From: Anthoceros angustus
Taxonomy: Eukaryota > Plantae > Anthocerotophyta
Direction: 5' to 3'
Assembly: GCA_010909165.1 (NCBI GenBank)
Contig: MU008203.1
Location: 186,001 to 250,000, forward strand
DNA: 64,000 nucleotides
A model generated the notes under the pieces. That model searched no databases, was not told the DNA's origin, and saw nothing but the letters and a program-made list of their open reading frames with translations. Positions 50,016 to 63,075 of this stretch are shown piece by piece. Numbering within the stretch: the stretch's first letter is position 1; every line of letters begins with the position of its first letter. Position numbers and translations under genes: made by a program.

Positions 50016-50544
50016 ATGGCGCAGGCGCTGAGGGCGGCCATTACCACGATCCCGATGTGCACCCCCTTGACTCCCGCCTACCAGTCTTGCCGCTCGCATC
50101 AGGCTGTGCCTAGGGCGCAGTTTTGGATAGTATGCTGCCAGAGCACTGGCCACGAAGCTCAGCCAGATGTTTCCAGGAGGTATGTTTTGGTCTGATACGC
50201 ACATTGGCAGCCGGTGAGCGAGGGCTGGAGGATCGGTGCTTTCTGTTTATTGCTGGTGTTGCGTTTTGCACAGATCTTTTGCTCTAGGAGGAGCCGCAGC
50301 TGCCGCGGGACTGGCGTTTCTCAACCAACCCGAGGCCCAGGCCAGGAGGCAGCCTCCGCCGCCGCCGACGGAGAAGAGGCCTGAGGACGACCCGAACCTC
50401 AGTGCCTATGACGCCAGACTGCTGGCCAGTTACAGGCGCAAGGAGGCTTTGAAGGCATCCGTTGAAGCGCAAAGAGCCAAAGCTGCTGCTCAGGCGGAGG
50501 GCTCTCCTCAGGCCCAAGGGCTGGCCACCGTGAAGATCAAGTAA
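50016..50544 (+). CDS. Small plastid, probably thylakoid-lumen (Tat) protein; exons 50016-50179, 50274-50544
   Basis: Transit peptide, SRR|SFALGGAAAAAGLAFLNQPEAQA (twin-Arg + hydrophobic + AxA), mature RRQPPPPPTEKRPEDDPNLS...LLASYRRKEALKAS; from memory resembles Arabidopsis At1g21500. Confidence 0.75.
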
Positions 50545-50649
50545 GGCTCCAAGAGCGGTTCACGGACGCAGCTCAAGCATCAAGATTCCACACAACTTTT
50601 TAGACCACCTACCTACCAAGGAAGAAAGGAGATTGTTCATCTAGGATAG

Positions 50650-53360
50650 TTAGTTTTCGTCCATTCTTATCACTCCTGAGACTCTCGAGCTTCTCACCAA
50701 AGGCAGGCTGGACTTGCTGCTTACCCGAGAGCGTTGGATGGGCACCAATGATCCCCATCTGCTATCCCGAGGGCTGTGCGATGGGGACTGTCCTAAGATA
50801 ACAAACGACGGATTCTGTTCTGCTTGGGCCTCATTTCGGGCAATGACTTCCTCGTGGACCAAGTAGTCGCCGCGGTCACCCTCAGGAGACTTGCTTGCTG
50901 GAGAAGACCTTCTTGGCCAACTGTAGCCTTGAAGTTGTCCCTGGGCATCAAAAGGCGTGAACATGGTACTTCGAGAGTCGTTTGTCTCTGAGCTGGTCGT
51001 CTGCACTGTTGCTGGCACTTCCGAGTCGTCTATCACGAAATTGGCTCCACCAGCAGACATGCTCACGGATGGTTGAGTCTTATGATGCTCAGCCCAATTG
51101 CGAGCGCGCCAGAAACGAAGCCGTTGTTTCAGTCTCACCTGCACGCACAAACCAGCATTGTTAGTCGATTGCTGCAAGACACCTTTGGAGGCAGGTGCAT
51201 TATCATGCTGCATGAGTCCATGAAGTGAAAGGGGTCGTTGAGGGATGTGATTACGATTTCTCTTCGGAGCTCTCTGTTGTCCATCTGGGCCACTGCAGAG
51301 GAACCCTTCCGTCCAAGGTCCTTGCTTCTTCTAGGCTTTCTCTCAGTCTGGAGAGCAGCATACGTTGCATTAGATAGTTCGACTATGAGCTAGTGCTGCA
51401 TGCGAAGTATCCAAAATAGCGAAACGTTTGGGGATCGTGAGGAAATAAAAAGGTACCTGCATCAGGAAAGGATCTGTTTGACACGATCGGTGTTTCGCTT
51501 GTCCACTCTCCAAAAGAATCTTCCACTCCAGAGCGCTACGTTGTGAGGTAATCCGTCTTCTATCGTCCTTCTGGAATTTGGACTTTGACTCCGGCTGCTC
51601 AGACAACGAGTACGTGTGCTCATCATACTCTGGACTCCCAACCTTAGTACCGGACTCGCCCTCAGAGCGTCCTTTGCCACGCCTCCTCCGGAACTTGTCT
51701 TCTGCGTCATCATCCTCCGCAACAGCTCCCTCATCCGCGTCATCGCCACCCTGCCTCCGTTTAGATTTCTTCCTCTTTGTTGCGATCTCACTAAAGTTTG
51801 GTCCGTCGACCTCAGCCTCTTCCTTGGGCTCTTCATCAGAATCCTCCAGCAGTTTTGAGACCGACTGGGACAGGTCGCCCAGCCGTTTCTCATCGTCGTC
51901 AACCACCCCCTCGCCCTCCTCCTCCTCCAAGTCACCGTCCTCAGGTTGCTTCCTCTCCAGCAACCTGGTATCTCGAGAAGGGGTGGCCTTCACAAGCGAT
52001 CCTCTAGCTGAACGAGTCTTAGGGGTCGCGCTGGCCGATGAGGAAATTGTTGCACCAGCACCTGGCACACTCCCCGTGTCCACATCCTCACCACCTTGAC
52101 GTTGAGCTTTCTTCTTACCTTCAGTACCCTCCTTGCCAGTGGTGTCAAGCTGCGAGGAGTCAGGTTGACTGGGTTCTTCAACCTTGGAGGCCTTCTTCTT
52201 TCGCTTTGGAGCATCAGCCTGATGTCGTTCATCATCTCCAGCACTTGCCCCTCTCTCGCTGCCCTTGCCAGATCCAGCCCCCTTCTCGCCGTCCTTGGAA
52301 GCTTCAGCAGCTATACGAAGGAAGAGGATCGTCGTTAAACCATTGCCATTTTGGAGGAATGCAGTGGCATGTAACAGCAGCTCAGCAACAGAGCACATTC
52401 ACCAATGGAGCACATACCACTTTCTTTGACGTCCTTCCGAATCCTTATATGTCTTTTATCCTGCGGACCACGGTTGATGTTAGATTACCTTCATGCACGA
52501 CAGACTTGGAACCGACGTCCAAGCCCTATGCTCCAGATCTTGGCACAACACATGCGAGGTCCGCATACCAGCTTCTGAGCCTCGGTCAAGTTCTCCGTTA
52601 TTTTCCCTCCCAGAACGTGGTACTCTTGTTCCTGTACCTCGCAAAAGAAATTTAGGTTGTAACTGCTAAGAAGGCATCAGACATTTCGCTTGTTCTGACA
52701 GACAAACGTGAATAAGAAAGACGTGTCACTACGAACCAGCATATGCATCCTCCTCAGAAACTCTCGCAGTCTTGCTTCCTGACCAAATTAACGGGCAACA
52801 GGTCAAAGACATGACGAGGCTGGGGAGCTACACCATTAGAAGCCTTATTGAAAAGCTGTCGGCAAAGAGAAGGAACCTCTGCCTCCCCTTCCTTGCCTGC
52901 TAGTTTGGTTGCAGCCATCAGTTCTGCTTGGCGATTCAGCATGTCTTGCTGCCGTCACAGTCATGACAAGCAGTCAGGTTCTGGCTGCAATGCAATCTCT
53001 AAGATACAATTATTTCAAAGCGGAAATTCAAAAGCGAAACCTTTCTGCTAAACGTGGACACTCGACGACTAGATAATGGACATTCCCTAAAACGCTAGAG
53101 GCAACGACGATCCACACCTCTTGTGCAACAATTTAGCCTCCGATGCATTTGACTTTGACGCTGCCTATTACCCTTTCCGAGTACAGACTTCCCAGGCGGT
53201 TGCGCAAATCTTCCTGCGCAAGCTGCAGGGCCATCGCGGGAGAAGATGGCAACCTCCAGTCAGCAGCAGTGCCATCAGCTTCCGCTTCCTTGTCCTTGGG
53301 CTTTGACGAAGGTACGTCGAAAAACACGTCTTCTTGAACGGAAAGACTTCCTGTCGGCAA
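50650..53360 (-). CDS. Uncharacterised multi-exon protein with long charged low-complexity middle (5' end uncertain)
   Basis: Spliceable segments ...LRNRLGSLYSER|QDMLNRQAELM..., 342-aa acidic/basic ORF 51370-52398, ...DPFHFMDSCSMIMHLPPK|VRLKQRLRFWRARNWAE... to stop at 50650. Confidence 0.65.
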
Positions 53361-53706
53361 GTAATGCGCCGCAATAAGTACACAACGCAGGTAATTCTAT
53401 AGTCCATTGGAGGGATGTCCCAGGTAATTCTACAGTCCATAGGAGATTGGATGGGAACGTAAACAGACGTAGACAGGGTGATAGTAGCAAATACCCAAAT
53501 GCTGAAGCCAACTGTGTATATCCCTAAGACCATTTGTCTGCTGAGAAACATTCATAGAGCCAGCCTGGAAACACATCCAAACAAACATGCGAGTCAGAAA
53601 GCGTTACAGCAGAAGACACTAAGCGTAGTCCAACGCAAGTAAGCTGAAGAGTGAAAGGGATCTTGCACAAAGTTTCAAAGTGGAAAACCTAAAGGATCCC
53701 AGAAGT

Positions 53707-54594
53707 TTACAAGCAGCGCACCAATCGCCTAGCTTGCTTCACATATTCGCTTGCTGTCGGCCTCTGTTCCTCCTCCACCTCCACATGAATAGAGCCCCGT
53801 GAGGACAACCTTCTCGCTTTAGGAGGCGGGGGCAAGGTGCTGTAAGTCTGGTCGTAGTCCTCAGTAGCCAGCTCGTGCAACATACTTAGCCTCACCCCAA
53901 GCCTGGTTGTAGAATCCTTGAGCTTGTCCATATACTGGTCAAGAGCCAGCTTGTTTCGCTTCATCGGATCCTCCATCCTCTGCCTTTCCAGGTCAAGACT
54001 AGATACCGTATCATACAGCAGCTCGTCGTCACTCTCCACAAACATGGTGTCGATAGGTATGTCACTGGTATCACAAGCTTCATCTTTGTAAACTCCCTTC
54101 CGCGGGGTCTTGCCCTGCCTGGGACTTCGGAAGCTACTTTCCCCGACGCTCCCCCGTCGATCTGACATGTGACCAGACAGCCCCAAGGACATCCTCCTCG
54201 GAATGTGAGCGAGCGAGCCAGCTCTCGGCCTAGGGCTTCGTCCCAAACTAGGCCGTCTCCCACGATACTCATTCGAATCTGGCTCATCTCCATTGCCATT
54301 CAGACTCGCTCTCCTCCGCCAATCATCAGGCACATTAAGCTGGCACTCCGCATTTCCCTTCTTCTCACCTCCACCAGCCTTCCCCTTCCCCTCCCCGCCG
54401 TACAACACAACCGGAATGGCATTCTTGGGAAGCGCGGACACCTTCCGGTTCGTGTTCACCACTCCCGTCAGCGAACTCAAGAGCATCGCACCTTGCTCCT
54501 TGAGGCTCGGAGGCGGGCCGCTGAACTTGGACCCCTTCCTCTCGCTGTTATACGGCAGATCCTGCACATCCAAAACATCCTCAAACTTCATCAC
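53707..54594 (-). CDS. Hypothetical 295-aa single-exon protein
   Basis: Clean ATG-to-stop ORF; RRxS-rich disordered N-half, helical C-half. Confidence 0.65.
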   Translation of the reverse strand: MMKFEDVLDVQDLPYNSERKGSKFSGPPPSLKEQGAMLLSSLTGVVNTNRKVSALPKNAIPVVLYGGEGKGKAGGGEKKGNAECQLNVPDDWRRRASLNGNGDEPDSNEYRGRRPSLGRSPRPRAGSLAHIPRRMSLGLSGHMSDRRGSVGESSFRSPRQGKTPRKGVYKDEACDTSDIPIDTMFVESDDELLYDTVSSLDLERQRMEDPMKRNKLALDQYMDKLKDSTTRLGVRLSMLHELATEDYDQTYSTLPPPPKARRLSSRGSIHVEVEEEQRPTASEYVKQARRLVRCL

Positions 54595-56376
54595 ACAATC
54601 TCAACAACCTCACCCGCCCCGGCCATCCACTCCACAACCACTCCCCCCGCCTCCATCATCAAAATTCAGCAACCTCCAATCTTTCCTCACCTCATTCCGC
54701 ACGCCGAAGAAGGCCTCCACAGCCTTCGCCTCCGGCGGCATCTCGCAAAGCGGCAAGGCAACCTTCTTGATTCTAATCCCCCATTCACTCGCATGCGTTT
54801 GCAGGTACAACCATCGGCAAGCGGACGTTACATACACATCCCTCCCTCGCCTCGCCTCTCCCACGCCCCCGCCATGCCCTTGGCGACGACGGTGCAGCGG
54901 CCGCTCTTGCGCGCTCGGGCGGAGATCGTGAGGAATGCGGCGGCTGACACCAAGTTGCGAAACGGGCCAAACCTCGAGCAGCCGGCAGGGCGTCATAAAT
55001 AGGCAGACGGGACCGTCGGCCCAGCGACGGTACTGCACACAACCGACGCTCGGGAAGGACGTGAGCCGCGATTCGTGAACGGTGACTGACCCCTTCCGGT
55101 CGTCAGACACCCCGAGGACGGCCAGGACCACGTGGTGCTTGCGGAAGTATAATGAACATGCAAGTTTGGATTAAGCCCACGTCCCCACTTTTACGTGGCC
55201 TGACCCCATTAATGCGCAGGTCCCACTCTCCCCTGCCTATACTGCATCTGACCGGCCTCGTGTATGTCCGCAATTGTGCCACCGGATGACCCCCTGAACC
55301 CGGGTGGCTGGTGAGACGTCGCGCCCCGCGAACGGAAAAGAAACGGAACGGGTGGCGTGTTGACCCTCCGCCCCTTCACGTCGCACGCTCGGACACGAAC
55401 ACACCACTTTGGCGCATCGCATATGCATCACATGTGCACCATGTACACACATACATACATACACACATACATTACACTACAAGCCATTCGTTACGGGCAC
55501 TGATGTCGGCGTCGGCGTCGGTCCCGTTCGCCGTTAGATTGTTAGATTCCAACATCCCAGGAGCAGTTACTCCTGCAACTCGCGCGGCGCGAGCGTGGCG
55601 TTTCGCCGACCGGCTCGTAACCGGCTCCGCGGCCTTACACGGACCCTACCCGAGCGGGTTGTGGTGTCACGCGGCCGTGAAGTCGCAACCGGGTTCGGAC
55701 TCCGGTAATTACAACGGACGCCTGGGAAGGGAAAGAAGGCCGTGGCACGCGTGGTCTCAAAAGAAGGGATTGAATAACATCCGATCTCGTTGATTTCATT
55801 GCAACGAGTCCGAAACATACCGGATATCCAGACAGTGTAATAAGCTGTATACAGATCTTTATGAAGAAAACAAGTAAATGTTGTTCATGATACACTTATA
55901 GATAGCCGCCTAATGAAGGTGGGGTGAAGAAGTTTGCTGTGGACTTGGCCCCATTACCAGCTCCCGAAATCGTAAATCCTAAATCGTGCTGTGGCTACCC
56001 AAACCTGTGCGGTGAAGAAAGAGAGTGAGGGCGCTAACTACAAAGGAAAATGGAAGTGGGCTGGAACAGCAAGAATAGAATAGTGTAAGAAATGTTCCGC
56101 AATGGGCAAGGGATAAAAAGGAAACTGGGCGAAGAAAAGGTAAATGAGTAATGAGCGGAAAAGCAAGAAGTGGGGAAGGAAGAAATTCATCTTTCCGCAG
56201 GGAGGAGAGCAGACCCTTGAGCTGGGCCTGGATCCCAGGCGGAATCGTGGGGAGGCGGAAGGGGAGGAATTGGGTGAAGGGCGGGGCGGGCAGCGGGGCT
56301 CGCTGGCGCCGGGAGCTGGTGGTGGTGTGGACGGGGGCCCCGGGGGATGTGAATTTGGAGGTGTGGGGATGAGTAG

Positions 56377-59300
56377 ATGGTAGCGGTAAAGATGGTGCAA
56401 TCGAGTCCTCACTTGAGGGGCGGGGTGCTGAGTGGAGACCAGGAAGTGGAAGAGTTTGAGGTGTATGGGCTGTTGGGAGCGGGGATCGTGCTGGTGGCCG
56501 TGGTGGTGGCCGCCGCGATCAGCTGCGTGGGGCACCGGCAACGGAGGCAGAGTCGGCGGGAAGGTGGGAATGGTGCATGCTGGATCTGCTGGAGGCCAGG
56601 GCTGATAATGCGTCCGGGGAATTGTGAATTTGTGCCGCTGCTGGAATTCGTGCCTTCTTGGAGCTCCGCGATGGCGTTCTTTTTGTTTCCCTTGGTTTGG
56701 TGACGCAATTCTTGCTGTGCGAGAGTGCTCTGGTGGCGCCGCATTGTGTGGGTTAGTCCGCCGGTGGCTCGGCCGGGAGCTGCTGGTGTAGGCTTGCGTA
56801 CATGCAGCGTGAATTGATGTGGAGGTTTTAGTGCTTGAATTTTTGGAGTTGGAGGGAGATACTGAGCTGATTGTGGAGGAGGAGGGGAGGTTTTCGTGTG
56901 AGCGTGTGCGTGTGTGAGTGTGAGTGAGTGTGGCTTGTTGCAGGTTGAAGGTGTGATTTAAAACCAACAGGGCCTTGATTTTGCTGCTTCTTTGCATGTG
57001 GTGGCTGCAGCTGCGGATCTGGCAGCTGCCATACAGCTGTCCATAAATGAACACATCGTGTCTATACCTTCGTCGGGGATATTGCCTGCTCCGCCCGCGA
57101 GGCATGATTCTTATAGCAGGGATGGGAGGGTGTCACCAGCGATAGAGTATCCAAGTATAAAGGCTATCTCGGAATTGAAGGGTCATCTCAGCATGGGATC
57201 GCTGTTTAAAATGAAGCGGAGTGGCTCGCCAGGTGAGAATTGACGGTTTTAATATTGGTTCTTGGACTGCTGTTGGGTGCACGCGAGGCATGTGACATGT
57301 TGCTGTTCGGGTCCAGGGGTTCCTCAACTTTGTCAGGGTTTTGGGCTGCCGTCTGTGAGGGACTGCTGTTGTGTGACACCGTGCCGGTTTTTGTTTTCCA
57401 GAGAGCTTGCCAAAGGGAGAGATGGCGGCAAGTCTGAACCGTCTACCCCTCGTGGTGAACGAAGACTGCTGCAGATTGCTGTTAGACGGGATCAAGTGTT
57501 TCAAGATTCATATTTGCAGGTGCTCACTGTGCTCCAGAGGATCTTTTTACCCTCTTTCCTCTGCCTCTTCCTTTTGGTTGACATCCTCATGTTCTTACTC
57601 ACTGTATGCAGTTTGCATCCATAAGCGACGATGATTTACGAAACCCGCTTTCTGTACAATTTGTTGGAGAGGTTGGACGAGATGATGGTGGTGTTACACG
57701 GGACTGGTTTAGTGTGCTTAGCAGGAGGTCTTCAACCCTCAGTATGTGCTTTTCACTAGCAGTGCAGCAGACGACTACACGTACCAGATAAACCCTAATT
57801 CGGGGTGAACCCGATCACCTTGACTTTTTCGATTTATTGGGACTATTGTTGGCAAAGCCCTTCTGGATGGGTGCCTCCTTGATGCCCATTTTACCAGGCT
57901 GGTTTATAAGCGAATTCTTGACAAGCCAGTCACGTATCATGATATGGCAACTGTTGATGTGCAGTTCTACAAGAGCTTATGCTGGGTACGTTGAGTGCTC
58001 TTAACTTCTACCCAGCTGCAGGAGAGGATGAAACCTGTACTGACAACGCTTTTGCCACCTCCCTTGCAGCTATTGGAAAATAAGTTGGATGGTCTAGATC
58101 TGGGCTTGACATTTTCTGTTGATAGGGAGAATTTTGGAGCGTATGAGGAAATAGAGGTAAGATGACGTTTTCAGTTACCCCACTGATGTTGAACACTAGT
58201 GGTTCCTGATTTGTCACCAGTTTACAGTCATGCTAATGACCTTGATGCCCTTTTCTGGAGCTGCAGCTGAAACCCAAGGGAAAGAATTGCTCGTTACAGA
58301 ACAAAACAAACGTGAATATGTGGACCTTGTAGCTGCGTATCAGCTCAGGGGTATGTCTTTCTGTGTCTTGTGTTATTTACGAATGGAACGGATCCAGCTC
58401 TGGCTCTCGCTCTGGCTCTGACCAGTATTCACTTGTGGACTTACGTGGTCACCTGGTTGGCATGGCTGTTGCAGAAAGTGTAGAGCATCAGTTTCAAGCT
58501 CTACGCAGTGGATTGTCAAGAGTGGTTGATCCGGCTTGTTGAAGGTGTGATTTAAAACCAACAGGGCCTTGATTTTTGCTGCTTCTTTGCATGTGGTGGC
58601 TGCAGCTGCGGATCTGGCAGCTGCCATACAGCTGTCCATAAATGAACACATCGTGTCTATACCTTCGTCGGGGATATTGCCTGCTCCGCCCGCGAGGCAT
58701 GATTCTTATAGCAGGGATGGGAGGGTGTCACCAGCGATAGAGTATCCAAGTATAAAGGCTATCTCGGAATTGAAGGGTCATCTCAGCATGGGATCGCTGT
58801 TTAAAATGAAGCGGGAGTGGCTCGCCAGGTGAGAATTGACGGTTTTAATATTGGTTCTTGGACTGCTGTTGGGTGCACGCGAGGCATGTGACATGTTGCT
58901 GTTCGGGTCCAGGGGTTCCTCAACTTTGTCAGGGTTTTGGGCTGCCGTCTGTGAGGGACTGCTGTTGTGTGACACCGTGCCGGTTTTGTTTTCATTGTCT
59001 GGTTTGGTGACGCAATTCTTGCTGTGCGAGAGTGCTCTGGTGGCGCCGCATTGTGTGGGTTAGTCCGCCGGTGGCTCGGCCGGGAGCTGCTGGTGTAGGC
59101 TTGCGTACATGCAGCGTGAATTGATGTGGAGGTTTTAGTGCTTGAATTTTTGGAGTTGGAGGGAGATACTGAGCTGATTGTGGAGGAGGAGGGGGAGGTT
59201 TTCGTGTGAGCGTGTGCGTGTGCGTGTGAGTGTGAGTGTGAGTGTGGCTTGTTGCAGGTTGAAGGTGTGATTTAAAACCAACAGGGCCTTGATTTTTGCT

Positions 59301-61981
59301 GCTTCTTTGCATGTGGTGGCTGCAGCTGCGGATCTGGCAGCTGCCATACAGCTGTCCATAAATGAACACATCGTGTCTATACCTTCGTCGGGGATATTGC
59401 CTGCTCCGCCCGCGAGGCATGATTCTTATAGCAGGGATGGGAGGGTGTCACCAGCGATAGAGTATCCAAGTATAAAGGCTATCTCGGAATTGAAGGGTCA
59501 TCTCAGCATGGGATCGCTGTTTAAAATGAAGCGGGAGTGGCTCGCCAGGTGAGAATTGACGGTTTTAATATTGGTTCTTGGACTGCTGTTGGGTGCACGC
59601 GAGGCATGTGACATGTTGCTGTTCGGGTCCAGGGGTTCCTCAACTTTGTCAGGGTTTTGGGCTGCCGTCTGTGAGGGACTGCTGTTGTGTGACACCGTGC
59701 CGGTTTTGTTTTCCAGAGAGCTTGCCAAAGGAGAGATGGCGGCAAGTCTGAACCGTCTACCCTCGTGGTGAACGAAGACTGCTGCAGATTGCTGTTAGAC
59801 GGGATCAAGTGTTTCAAGATTCATATTTGCAGGTGCTCACTGTGCTCCAGAGGATCTTTTACCCTCTTTCCTCTGCCTCTTCCTTTTGGTTGACATCCTC
59901 ATGTTCTTACTCACTGTATGCAGTTTGCATCCATAAGCGACGATGATTTACGAAACCCGCTTTCTGTACAATTTGTTGGAGAGGTTGGACGAGATGATGG
60001 TGGTGTTACACGGGACTGGTTTAGTGTGCTTAGCAGGGAGGTCTTCAACCCTCAGTATGTGCTTTTCACTAGCAGTGCAGCAGACGACTACACGTACCAG
60101 ATAAACCCTAATTCGGGGGTGAACCCCGATCACCTTGACTTTTTTCGATTTATTGGGACTATTGTTGGCAAAGCCCTTCTGGATGGGTGCCTCCTTGATG
60201 CCCATTTTACCAGGCTGGTTTATAAGCGAATTCTTGACAAGCCAGTCACGTATCATGATATGGCAACTGTTGATGTGCAGTTCTACAAGAGCTTATGCTG
60301 GGTACGTTGAGTGCTCTTAACTTCTACCCAGCTGCAGGAGAGGATGAAACCTGTACTGACAACGCTTTTGCCACCTCCCCTTGCAGCTATTGGAAAATAA
60401 GTTGGATGGTCTAGATCTGGGCTTGACATTTTCTGTTGATAGGGAGAATTTTGGAGCGTATGAGGAAATAGAGGTAAGATGACGTTTTCAGTTACCCCAC
60501 TGATGTTGAACACTAGTGGTTCCTGATTTGTCACCAGTTTACAGTCATGCTAATGACCTTGATGCCCTTTTCTGGAGCTGCAGCTGAAACCCAAGGGGAA
60601 AGAATTGCTCGTTACAGAACAAAACAAACGTGAATATGTGGACCTTGTAGCTGCGTATCAGCTCAGGGGTATGTCTTTCTGTGTCTTGTGTTATTTACGA
60701 ATGGAACGGATCCAGCTCTGGCTCTCGCTCTGGCTCTGACCAGTATTCACTTGTGGGACTTACGTGGTCACCTGGTTGGCATGGCTGTTGCAGAAAGTGT
60801 AGAGCATCAGTTTCAAGCTCTACGCAGTGGATTGTCAAGAGTGGTTGATCCGGCTTTGTTGAAGGTTGGATATTGTATAACGCCACTTTGTTTTCATTGT
60901 CTGGTTTTTGGTGATGCTTATATTAAGCCACCAGCTGTGATCATCTTCTTGGTTTTTTCCTTCACTGGATCTTCTATATCTGGGTGTTCCGTCATCTAAG
61001 CTCCTGTGGTGCCAATTTCAGCATTTTGACGAAAATGAGCTCGAATGGCTTATTGGTGGACTCCCTGTTATTGACTCTGCCGACTGGTACGCGTTCTAAC
61101 TCAAATTGTCTGGAATTGTTTCCCTTCTTGATTCTATCGGAGTTGCTGACTGTTATGTATGTGGCTGTCTGCCAACCAGGAGGAAACATACCGTCTACAA
61201 AGCAGGCTACAGGGATGCAGTTGACTGCTATGTCATACGATGGTTTTGGCAGGTAATGTCTTTGGATGGAAGCTTATGGAATGAACTTGAGGCCGAAAAC
61301 TTTTTTAGCAGACTGTGTGGAACTGGATCCTGGCTGATTTTCCTTCTTGTTCTTGTCTTACCAGCTGGTAGAATCGTGGGATCAAGAGATGCGAGCACGG
61401 CTATTGCAATTTGTCACTGGAACATCAAAGGTATATCGTGACATGTTTTCACATTTAGTTTGATCTGTTTGTCAATATATAACCTCAGGTTGTCAATGTC
61501 GTTGCTAACGTTTTCGTTTTGGGACAATGCTCAGGTTCCCTATCCAGATGGCTTCAAGGTAACAAGACGCTTGTGTATTGCATGACATTGGTGACTTACA
61601 TTGCACTTGTTCAAGATGGTAACATCTGAAAGCCCTTCTTTGTGCAGGGGTTGCGTGGGAGTGAAGGCCTTAGACCTTTCCATATTGTTCGTGTTTCTGA
61701 TCCAACAAGGTTGCCTCAGGTAATGTTGTCTTTTTTAACAGCTTTTGTTCTCAGAAAACCGAGTATATGTGATTTGGCTGCTCCTGGATGTCACTTGACA
61801 TTGACACTTGGGTTCAGTTCAGTATTGAAGGTTGATGTGGAGCTGGGCTCTTGGGTTGTTGATGCAGGCGCACACATGCTTCAATGAGCTCATTCTGCCC
61901 GACTATGGTAGCTTTGAGGAGCTTGCGAACAACCTGACAACAGCTATATTTGAAACTGGCAACCAGTTTCAGCTTCGATAG
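56377..61981 (+). CDS. HECT E3 ubiquitin ligase with N-terminal TM helix and UIM-like motif (internal exons duplicated in the assembly)
   Basis: Exon 1 GLLGAGIVLVAVVVAAAISCVG; exon 2 ADLAAAIQLSINE; HECT LQIAVRRDQVFQDSY, GGVTRDWF, FIGTIVGKAL, LLQFVTGTS, AHTCFNELILPDY, stop at 61981. Confidence 0.85.
58540..60860 (+). repeat. Tandem re-occurrences of 56695-58540 (HECT exons 2-6)
   Basis: Near-identical copies with complementary 1-bp indels; 59918-60310 carries the intact exon that is frameshifted at 57606-57990. Confidence 0.9.
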
Positions 61982-62823
61982 CGGATCCATGACCTGGATT
62001 TGAAAATTGGCGGATGATATCACCTCCCTCGCAGCACTCCCTCATGAGCTAACGCTACGGTGAGCATCATGGTGGGAGCCTGAAGTTGGGTCTTCAAGCG
62101 CTGAGTCAGAAGTTAAAAGCTTGTATTTTATCCTTCCTCGAGTGTACAATGCCCCCTAGATATTCCTTCACCGCACATGTCCATTATGTGGCATCGTGCC
62201 CAATGCTGAAAGTTGAATACAATTGACAGTAGATTCTAGGTATCGCAGTAGCAACTTCTAGATCCCTGTAAATGCTTACCTGTGCTTGGTGATGTTAGAT
62301 TTCTGGGCAACAAGTAAGCCATTCTGCTGCCAATATGTGGCGTGCAGGAGGACATGAAGGAAGTCTGGTTCCTTAGGTGCAAGTGAAATGTCCTCTTTGT
62401 GAAGAGGGGTTATTTTCATGTGATGGAAATGGTCGACGTGTGTGGTGTTTTGGCTGTCTTTCCATACTTTTCAATGGTTTCTAGAAATGATCGATTCCCC
62501 ACTGTAGATTGAAGTGCCACCCTCTCATTTCGGAGGGTGAAATAAAAACTGTCCAACCGACTTTCGTACTCACCAGGGCATCAGTCTTGGTGATTTTTGT
62601 TATATTGCAGTTTGCAGGGCCTTCTCACGCCAGTAGGATCCTCTGAGAGGACGATGAAGTCGTGTCTAACATTGAATTGATTGAACTGACCAACCAACGT
62701 GCTGCAGCAATTGCCACTGAATCCTGTCATTTGGAACACGTTTTTGACACTGCTCACGGCCTAGCAGGGTCATAGTCATACTTGTCTTGTCAAACGGGTG
62801 TTTGAGAATATTGCATTATTCCA

Positions 62824-63010
62824 GCAACGTCTGTGAAGGTGCTCCGAACTGTCACCGCAAGCACGCAGCCTTGTTTCAGATTGGGGTATTATTCACTTTG
62901 CCCTTTGAAGAAGAAGAAGAAGAATTGCAACGTCTGTGAAGGTGCTCCGAACTTTCACCGCAAGCACGCAGCCTTGTTTCTTATTGGGGTATTATTCACT
63001 TTGCCCTTTG
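62824..63010 (+). repeat. 84-bp direct repeat pair separated by (GAA)n
   Basis: 62824-62907 and 62927-63010 are nearly identical. Confidence 0.9.
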
Positions 63011-63075
63011 GTGGTGCTCAAATCTAAGAGTGCTAATCTGATTGTGGGGTGAAGCTTCGAGGGCATCTAATGGCG

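Noticed and set aside
56941-56990. Candidate acceptor ttgcag|GTTGAAGG for HECT exon 2
   Set aside because: All three frames hit stops within a few codons; the acceptor at 57010 gives the open UIM frame
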